Assembly (NCBI GenBank): GCA_964016885.1 | Contig: OZ024749.1 | Location: forward strand, 43,772,001 to 43,836,000 | Length of the DNA stretch: 64,000 bases | DNA from: Eledone cirrhosa | Taxonomy: Eukaryota | Direction: 5' to 3' | Part shown: positions 54,049 through 64,000 of the stretch, in pieces | How positions within the stretch are numbered: position 1 is the first letter of the stretch | Layout: every line of letters starts with the position of its first letter | Notes under the pieces: generated by a model | The model's input: the letters and a program-made list of their open reading frames with translations, nothing else | What the model was told of the DNA's origin: nothing | Databases searched by the model: none | Translations under genes and position numbers: made by a program

Positions 54049-54112
<64 letters not shown>

Positions 54113-54132
54113 ATATTCATATATATATATGC

Positions 54133-54179
<47 letters not shown>

Positions 54180-54374
54180 ATAACAGATTGATATTCCAGA
54201 CCAGCGTTGTCTTTCCAATTAAGATAATTATATTAAGTAAAATGTTTAAATGAAGACAAACATTCTCTTTGCATATTAAGTATCAAGGGAAGTTCCAACG
54301 TTGATCTCATTAACAGTTAAATTCTTGTTTTCTGATATTTTCAGTGAAAGCATCTTTAGCCCCCTCCCCCTTAC

Positions 54375-54414
<40 letters not shown>

Positions 54415-54723
54415 AAGTTGGAAATATTTTAAAAGTTCGATAACCATTTGAAAGAAAGAACTAAATTAAGTGAAACTATATATTAAGATTCTCTCTCTCT
54501 CGCGTGCGCGCGCTCTAAATATATATATATATATGCATGCGAGTGTTCGTATGTGTATATAAAAAATACATATATATACTGACTTTGCTATTAGTTTTCC
54601 CACCTTAAGATCTACATGTCCAGTAAGAATGAGAACATATTTTCATCGATTTTTTCTTTACGATTTCGTTTTTGAGAAAATTTATGCTAAGAAATTGTGA
54701 TATCAAAGACAAATACGTTATTA

Positions 54724-55380
54724 TTGGCAGTATCGGTAGAGGGTCGGACGCCATGCTTTCCAGCATAGTTACGTCCCTTTACCATCTGAGTTCAAATCCC
54801 GCCGAGGTTGACTTTGCCTTTCATCCTTACGGGGTCGATAAAATAAAGTACCAGTAATGCACTGGGTAATTGCTGGCCTTGTGCCTAAAGTAGAAACAGT
54901 TATTATGATTTATGTTATGGAAAGGCTACTCTTTAGACGAGATCAAAGAAAGTATGTTTCCACTGGTCTTTTCCCTGTTGATATTATCTGACAGTTACAA
55001 TTCCTAGTAGAAGCGTCACCGATTTTCTTGTGACAGGGGGCAGCATTTGAACTCAGAACTTACAGAACCGGAATGAATACTGCAATGTATCCGACCAGAC
55101 GCTTTAAGAATTTTGCCAATCTACCGCATCTGAATTGATACTTTATTTATCGATTCCCGTAAGAATGAAAAGCAAAGCTGACTTCAGAGACATTAGAACT
55201 TAGAACACAGAGTGGCAGAAGAAATAATATCTTTTTAATTAAGACACAAGCCCAACAATTTCCTGGGAGAGGCATGTCGATTATATCAACCCCGTACATA
55301 ACTGGTACTTTATTTTATCGATCCCAGGAGGGTGAAAGGCAAAGTTGACCTCAGCGGGATTTGAACTCAGAATGTAAAAA
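54724..55380. mobile_element. Young Meta-domain SINE (+, 54724-54905; flanking GTTATTAT repeat) and old minus-strand fragments (~55045-55380)
   Basis: Match to the SINE consensus. Confidence 0.85.
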
Positions 55381-56039
55381 ATAGGAACAAGTGCTAACAT
55401 TCTACCTACTCTGTCGTTGATCCACGTCACGTAGGTACAAACGAAGCCAGAGGAAACTTAGGTGGAACTTCGAAGCGCCTCTGACTTGCAAGAGAACCTT
55501 TGTAGGGGAGGGGGAGTATAAAGGTGTGATGGAAAGGATATTGTTACAGTTTGTAGAAGACAACAGATGTTAATCAAACAGAAAATTATCAAAATCAAAA
55601 TGGCTTTAATATATGTATATATGTGTGTGTATGTGTGTGTGTGTGTGTGTGTGTGAAGAGGGGAGGGCGAGAGAGACAGAGAGAGAGAGGGAGCGAGGGA
55701 GAAAGAGAGAGCTAGTCATCACCGCCTTCACTAATATCTGAAATTTTTTAAGCCATGTAAAGCCGGAAAAAAAACAACAAAAGTTGTCGATCATATAACA
55801 TGGCAGCAGGGCTTAGGGAAAATGGCGAAGAATCCATTCTGGACTCGTTATAGTATCTGTACACAACAACAATATGGTACAGAAATGTATGGCCAAATGA
55901 TAGGGATAAATCAATTTTCAAGACATTGCCAAAACAAAAGAGACAATGCAGTATAAAAACAACAAAGCAATTGTGCTGATAAATCCTATTTGAGATCATC
56001 GCTGAAGGAATTAAAAGCAAATACGAAATGGAAATAGCA

Positions 56040-56420
56040 GAAAAGGCACGAAGAATAGTATTCTTAATCTAGAGATGATTATACAGAGAACTATAGAACA
56101 TGATGAAGATTTATTTGCTTCTATTGACTATCAGGAAGCATTTGACAAAATAATTCATGACGATTTATGGTCATTGAACGTAGAAGTAGGATTACCTGAA
56201 CATTTTATATAATTATTTTAATCCCCTTGTTCCCAGCAAACGGCAACTGTCAGAACAAACAATGGGCTTCACTGAGTGATTTGGAATTGAGCATGGACTA
56301 TGACAATTTCGTATCCTTTCTCCTTTTCTGCTTAAGATATATGTAGGGAGTGTAATGAAGAAAGCTCTAGAATGCTTCGAAGATGCAGTAAAAATCGATG
56401 GGAGAACGGTCACGTTAATA
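56040..56420 (+). pseudogene. Highly degenerate RTE-like reverse transcriptase remnant
   Basis: LEMIIQRTIEHDEDLFASIDYQEAFDKIIHDDLW...GLPEH...GL*QFRILSPFLLKIYVGSVMKKALE...VKIDGRTV resembles the FIDYxKAFD / GVRQGCILSP RT motifs. Confidence 0.7.
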
Positions 56421-57137
56421 TCATAATCAGGCTGTTTCGTTGTTCGAATAACTGGAACACTCATCGTCGAAATCGATGTAGCACCATTCCATAAGGACAT
56501 TTGGTCTGTAAAAATAGTCAATCGTTGGGAAAAAAAATCCTTGATATAAGGCCAAGAAGAAGGAAAATATCAAAGTGTACAGCTAGTCTAACTTCGTCTT
56601 CTTACGTCGTAAGCGACGGAAATCCAACACGCACACACAGACGCACATATACACACAAATACATACACACACACACACACACATGCACACAAATACATAT
56701 ACACATATACACGAACACAAACGCCCATACATAGAAATACACACACACATACATACACGGACAAAACATCCTTACACAAAAATACACACACAGAGTTGTT
56801 GAAATATAATACAATACAAGGAGATGGTGATGATAGGAACGTGTTTGATCATAGGTCTGCTACGTCATGGCTGACCTGGCAAACAACCCAACAACTGCTC
56901 TGTAACTATAATAAATCTCTCGCCTCAGTAAAATGACGATAGCTATCGATTTTTTTTTTTTTTTTACCTAACCAGTGCCTCGTCCATTGTAACGAAACAT
57001 AAACTTTCAGTGGGCCGCCACCTTTAAAAACACGACCCAACTACAACTACAGTTACTTTCACAATATAATATTAAAACTCCATTGTTCCTTCTTAAAAGA
57101 AACTAAACAAAAAGGAAAGCAACAATAGTAATGACAA

Positions 57138-57670
57138 TGATTTCTAATTTAGGCACAAGGCCAGCAATTTGGGGAAGGTCAAGGAGAAAGTCGATTAAAT
57201 CGACCCCAGTATGTGACTGGTACTTTATGTTATCGAACCCGTAAGGATGAAAAGCAAAGCTAACTTCGGAGGGATTTGAACTCAGAACATAAAGGGGGCT
57301 CACTCTATGCCGCAAAGCTTGTTGTCCGACGCTCTACCGATACTGCCATTAATGATTTCTAATTTAGGCACAAGGTCAGCAATTTGGAGGTAGAAGAAAG
57401 TCGACACCAATACATGACTGGTACTTTATTTTATTGACCACAGAAGGATGAAAGGCAAAGTTGACCTCGGTGGGATTTGAACTCAAAACGTAAGTAATTT
57501 GAAATGTCCGACGCTCTAACGATTCAGCTAATCCACCGCCTTTATAATGATTTCTAGTTTAGACACAAAACCAGTAATTTTGAGGAAGGGAAAATCAGTG
57601 AATTCGACCCAAGTATATGACAGATACCTTATTTTATCGACCTTGGAAGGATAAAAAACAGAGTTGGCCT
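57138..57670 (-). mobile_element. Three tandem older Meta-domain SINEs
   Basis: Three units each starting ATGATTTCTA.TTTAG(G/A)CACAA (tail, reverse strand) at ~57138, ~57352 and ~57547. Confidence 0.82.
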
Positions 57671-57694
57671 CCGTTTACAGCCGAATGACATCTA

Positions 57695-57772
57695 TTGGGT
57701 CGTTAAGTATGAAATTTGTAGAAATTTGTAGAAAAAAAAAAATTTCTACAAATTTCATACTTGACGACCCAA
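57695..57772. mobile_element. Tiny mariner-type MITE (78 bp, TA flanks)
   Basis: TA|TTGGGTCGTTAAGTATGAAATTTGTAGAAATTT ... AAATTTCTACAAATTTCATACTTGACGACCCAA|TA. Confidence 0.7.
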
Positions 57773-58648
57773 TAAATACAACACAATATATATAACCAAA
57801 CATTGTTAAAGTTAACAACGACTACAACTACAACAACAACCACAACTACAACAACCAGAACAACCACAACTACAACAACAACCACAATTACAACAACAAC
57901 CATAACTACAACAACAACACCCACAACTACTAGTAGTACAACGATTACAACTATAACGACTACAACTATAACGACAACGACTACAACAACTACTACTAAA
58001 ACAACTACTACTACAACAACTAGTACAACAATAACTACTACTACAACAACAACTACAACTATTACACCAATAACCACTGCTACAACAACAACAAAACTAG
58101 TACAGCAACAACTACTACTACTACAACTACAACTAGTACAACAATAACTACTGCTACAACAACTACTACTACTACTATAACAACAACTAGTACAACAATA
58201 ACTACTGCTACAACAACTACTACTACTACTATAACAACAACTAGTACAACAATAACTACTGCTACAACAACTACTACTACTACAACAACTACAACTAGTA
58301 CAACAATAACTACTACTACAACAACAACCTCTCTCAAGACTAACACAAAACATGGATTGTGTTACGTATGATGAAAAGAAGTCTGTTCGTTTATATTATA
58401 CAATATATATATTTCGAATTGTATCTTTGGGCAAATTTGAACCGCAATTTTATTTATTTATGTCAATATACTTATTTATTCTATTATTTATTAATATATA
58501 TTTATATCAACTCTTCTATCTCGGCAGTTTTTTCTTTGTTTATATTTTTGTTTTCTTATTGTTGTTTTTTGAGGGAGGGGGGGAGGGGATATTTTAAGAA
58601 ATCGGTAATCCATTCCTTACCATTTAAGAACAAATGGCTTACATACAG

Positions 58649-58707
<59 letters not shown>

Positions 58708-58820
58708 AAAATGGAAACGGGAACAAAACAGAGAGGCAGTACGAACAAAGGTTTATTAGTTTCACGTTCTTGAGAGTGGGGTGTATATATATATACCAGT
58801 TTTATAAAGGGTACGTCAAT

Positions 58821-58902
<82 letters not shown>

Positions 58903-59664
58903 ATATATATATTTGTGTGTGTGTGTGTCAAAGTTGTATTCTCCAAATGGTATTCTTATTTCTTTCAAGATTACAATTTTTTTCGTACATTTATTTCTAC
59001 ATATCTTTATTTATTTCATATGTATACATATATAGGTGAGTTTCGAAACAATCTTCTTCAATACAATCGTGACCGGATCACGTGATCTGATCTACCGCTG
59101 AACAGGTTTTCTGTACAAAACGCTAAAAACATAATGGCGCAGTATAGAGAGTGTGAACTTCTTCGTAGGAGATCTCATGGCGAGAATCAAATAAATTGTC
59201 AGCTTACTTTTCCCTGAACTCTTTACAAATTTTTGACAACTTTCAAACAGTAGCATGCTTTGCATGGATTTCTCTGGGGGATTTTCTACTTCTTCTGATT
59301 ACGTGTATGTATGTATGTATGTGTATATATATATATATATATATATAGACGCAAATATAAAGGCATATGCAAATATAGATATATTAAAAAAGGTTATAAA
59401 GACACACATTATTACATTCGGTTGTTAACAAGTGGTGATATATATGTGTTGCTGTACATTGATATGCATCTGTAAAGATGTATACATATTGGTGTGTGTA
59501 TGTACGTAAGTATATAGTATGCGTATGTATGTATATATATATATATATTCTGATAATAAACACCATGCACACAGAGAAATATGTTTATACCTAAGCGTAT
59601 TCTTCTATCTTAAAATAAATAACACACACAGACGCATGTATGGACGTATATATAAGTATGTATG

Positions 59665-59723
<59 letters not shown>

Positions 59724-60127
59724 TATATTGATGAAACACTGTGTAAGGAGTATATTTTGTTTTTTAATGTATTACCGTCTTCTCCATTTATTTTTGCTTA
59801 TATATATATATTGCTTATATATATATATATATACATAATATGTACAGGCACACCATCTTTTAATAAATAACATTGATAATTCTACTGGCTGACGTACCAA
59901 TTCATGTTTATATGAAATTCCAGTGCGATTGTACTAGGGAAGATAACGTGGAACACTACCCATTCATGTCTTCACCAATAGAATGAAAGGGAAAAAATAT
60001 ATATTTTCTCGCTGCAGGAAAACCAAAATGACAGATGGTTCTTAGTATCTAAATCATTGTTCCAACTATTTGATTATAGTCTATTTTCTTTTTTTCTGTT
60101 TAGTTGGGGATATATATGTATATGTGA

Positions 60128-60410
<283 letters not shown>

Positions 60411-61314
60411 TCGTACATATGTATATATACACACTGGGCCTTTATTTTCCGTTGAGAATCATTTCAGCTCCTGAGTGTCAGCTTCTAATATATAGATATA
60501 TTTCTTTATAGATACACACATATTTTCATGCGCACACACACATGCATACATACACACGTATATAGACACAAACTCATAAACACACACACACATACATACA
60601 TACATGGTGGCTGCCAACTCGTTTTCGAGTACGGCCACTACTTTATATCCATGTAGGAGAACCCCTACCGATGCGCTGAACGAGTGTGACTTTTTAGTCC
60701 AGCCAGCGACTTGAAAACTCTGGTACAAACACTACACTTGTGACAATTATTGACACATAGTGCTGGGCCCATGGTACCATGTGACGACAAGTGCAGAGAG
60801 ATCTCCAGATATAAAGCAATGCCTGTGCCGTGAAGCTTTTATAGTGAATAAAGGCACTGCACAAAGCCAGTCCCACTCTCTTAACCAAGATGATATTTAC
60901 CAAAAAGAAGAACAAGTCAACATCATTGGATACCATCAGGGTTGCAGGAGTTATATCAGAGTTTTCCTTCTCCTAGAATTCTGCCTTGACAAAGGCTAAG
61001 GGGTCAGCTCTCCCGGTGATTTTGGATGGCCATTGATTCTTAAGAGCTCCTTTGCCCTTTGACAGGTTTTGTTTCTAGTCCTGCAGGATGTCCAAAGTCA
61101 CCCTCCTCACCAAGAAACTTTGGTGGGGTTGCCAGTTTAGTCGCCAACGACCCGACCATGAGACAGGTTGTATTGGGATACATGTTACCAGTAGCACCAA
61201 CTGGCGACCATACATACATACATACATACATACATACATACATACATACATACATACATACATACATACATACATACATACATACATACATACATACATA
61301 CATACATACATACA

Positions 61315-61345
<31 letters not shown>

Positions 61346-61364
61346 GTATGTATGAATGTATGTA

Positions 61365-61670
61365 CAGTGTATTGAAAGCTGAAACTTAAAAAATCGTTAT
61401 CGCGAGTTTTTTCGTTTCCAATTTTGGGATGAATATGAAATTTGGTAGATAATTAGGTAAAGAAAAAATTAAAACGTCATCGTATTATTTCAATGTTTTA
61501 TAAATTCTGTTTCAATCAACCATTCTAACTGTCGCTCCTTCATAACTACAGATTCAAACTATAAATAGGAATTCACAATGTTCGTCACAAGTATAAAAAT
61601 ACACTCTGGACAGGTGCATTGTGTCCGAACACGGAAGAGCTGAATTCCCACCGTCATCGCCCCCATCTCT
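61365..61670 (+). mobile_element. Possible Tc1/mariner transposon remnant
   Basis: Starts TA|CAGTGT; ends with GRAEFPPSSPHLS, resembling the WPPxSPDL motif. Confidence 0.4.
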
Positions 61671-61889
61671 CTGTATAGTGAGCAAATGAGGTCCCACAAA
61701 ATCTTTCTTTACGCGAAAAGATATTGGTACAAGGGTTGGCTAAAAAGTTTATATGTTGACCAAGATACTCTCATGGAATGACCAAATGAGATTAATTTTT
61801 CAACATAGTCATTGGAAAGAAACAAGGCAGTTATTAATAAGAAGAGTTGAAATGAATGCATGCACGATTTCCCTTTCACATATCTCTTG

Positions 61890-62434
61890 TTAATGTGCAT
61901 GAATTAGCTATATGTTAGGAAGTTGAAGTCTATCTCAAGCTCGATTGTACCAACGGTTTAATGTGCATGAATTAGCTATATGTTAGGAAGTTGAAGTCTA
62001 TCTCAAGCTCGATTGTACCAACGGTTTAATGTGCATGAATTAGCTATATGTTAGGAAGTTGAAGTCTATCTCAAGCTCGATTGTACCAACGGTTTAATGT
62101 GCATGAATTAGCTATATGTTAGGAAGTTGAAGTCTATCTCAAGCTCGATTGTACCAACGGTTTAATGTGCATGAATTAGCTATATGTTAGGAAGTTGAAG
62201 TCTATCTCAAGCTCGATTGTACCAACGGTTTAATGTGCATGAATTAGCTATATGTTAGGAAGTTGAAGTCTATCTCAAGCTCGATTGTACCAACGGTTTA
62301 ATGTGCATGAATTAGCTATATGTTAGGAAGTTGAAGTCTATCTCAAGCTCGATTGTACCAACGGTTTAATGTGCATGAATTAGCTATATGTTAGGAAGTT
62401 GAAGTCTATCTCAAGCTCGATTGTACCAACGGTT
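61890..62434. repeat. Minisatellite, 8 identical copies of a 68-bp unit
   Basis: TAATGTGCATGAATTAGCT...CAACGGTT recurs at 61891, 61959, 62027 ... 62367. Confidence 0.97.
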
Positions 62435-62449
62435 TTATTAGCTAAATGT

Positions 62450-62570
62450 ATTGAAGTAACGTGAAATGAAGTGTTTTGCTCAAGAAAACAACACGCCGCC
62501 TGGTCCAGGAATCGAACTCTCGACACTACGATCCTAACTTCAACACCGTAACAATTAGGCTATACGTATG
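62450..62570 (-). mobile_element. Degenerate tRNA-derived SINE head (different family)
   Basis: AAGTGTTTTGCTCAAGAAAACAAC...CCAGGAATCGAACTC; similar heads at ~22770-22830, ~50700-50790 and ~63550-63640. Confidence 0.6.
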
Positions 62571-62843
62571 ATATTTACAGAATTAAATTATGAATTATAC
62601 TCTTCACATTGAACTCAAATCTTCAGTATAGATATACACACTATTCCATTCACAGCTATTTCTCAATCTGGACAACAAGAATTCTGCTTGTATATATATA
62701 TATTGTCACAAGTGCAGTGTTTGTACCAGAGTTTTCAAGTCGCTGGCTGGACTAAAAAGTCAAACTCGTTCAGCGCATCGGTAAGCGTTCTCCTACATGG
62801 ATATAAAGTAGTGGCCGTACTCGAAAACGAGTTGGCAGCCACC

Positions 62844-63077
<234 letters not shown>

Positions 63078-63078
63078 T

Positions 63079-63143
<65 letters not shown>

Positions 63144-63394
63144 AACTGTGGATGTGTGTGTGTGTGTGTGTGGATGTGCGTATGTATGTGTGTACGCCCA
63201 ATTGAAACATATCGATCCCCAGTGCTTATTTAAGTACTTGTTTTATAAAAAGACATAAACAAAGCAAATAGGGACAGGTGGAAGGAAAGATGAGGGAGAG
63301 ATGGGAAGGACAAGGGAGGGGAGTTGATGGAAGAGAGAGAGAGGAAGCGATGACTGGCTTCATTCATAAAAGCATTGGTCAACCCGAGCCTATA

Positions 63395-63544
63395 CAGGTA
63401 AAATTCCGTTATAACGAATTTTTCAGTATAATGAAATTTTTTCAATCCCGGCCACACGCTCGACGTGTTACGTCGATCTCGTTATAAAGAATTTTTCGAA
63501 TTTTTTTTAGATCCCGTGAATTTCGTTATAACGGAAATTCACTG
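63395..63544. mobile_element. Tc1/mariner-superfamily (pogo/Tigger-like) MITE
   Basis: TA|CAGGTAAAATTCCGTTATAACGAA ... TTCGTTATAACGGAAATTCACTG|TA. Confidence 0.8.
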
Positions 63545-64000
63545 TAGTTCAAAACACTTGCACAAAGTACGTCGCAGTGGGACTGGACACGAAACCACGA
63601 GATTTCAAAACGAACTCCTTAACCACTCAGCTATACCTCGCCTAACGTATTATTTATTTTATATGTTTATAACTACAGTGTATATATATATATATATATA
63701 TATTGATATATTGGCTCCTCGTGATACCTTTATTTTTACATTAATAATTGCAACTTTTGCATTTCAGACAATTTCCCATCAAATGATTTACTGTTAGTAA
63801 GAAATACAATATCAAATATTTAAGTATTGTACGGTAATACAAGGTGACTTACTTGATTCTATAAAAAAAATATAAAAATAACACATAGATGTACCTATAA
63901 GTATTCAAGGGAAACAACCCTATTAAAATATTTGCTAAGGGAAATAACTCTATCTGATCAAGATTTTTATTTGTTTTACATTTTTAATGCGTTTTTCTTT

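Noticed and set aside
61100-61210. Possible HDV-like or twister ribozyme at the end of an RTE-5'UTR-like repeat (minus strand)
   Set aside because: Pairings exist (GGTCGCCA/TGGCGACT) but I could not build the nested double pseudoknot or the twister consensus.
61890-62434. CRISPR-like regular repeat
   Set aside because: Units are contiguous and identical with no spacers; eukaryotic context, no cas genes.

Overview
Eukaryotic, AT-rich, extremely microsatellite-dense DNA ((TA)n, (CA)n, (GA)n, (CATA)n, (GGT)n, (ATC)n, (AAT)n). The repeat content suggests an intronic or intergenic region of an octopus/cephalopod genome (inference). Nearly all listed ORFs are microsatellite artefacts. The only intact coding content is a full-length Tx1/L1-clade non-LTR retrotransposon (about 27180-33040; CCHC ORF1 plus APE-RT-zinc-finger ORF2), accompanied by two 5'-truncated relatives. 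Also present are about 20 copies or fragments of a tRNA-derived Meta-domain SINE whose 3' tail matches the Tx1 3' end, RTE-type LINE remnants, two Tc1/mariner-type MITEs and several minisatellites. The main hidden signal is at least 8 unrelated families of short (130-400 bp) non-coding elements embedded in (TA)n. Each carries a type-I hammerhead-ribozyme fold (stem I-CUGANGA-stem II-GAAA-stem III-UH-stem I'), often with compensatory changes between copies and palindromic stem III loops. Many are fold-back inverted duplicates that pivot at the ribozyme. They resemble Penelope-like-element pseudo-LTRs or retrozymes, with unusual variants (U.U closing stem II, a multi-hairpin insert in stem II). 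All folds were derived by eye and activity is untested.
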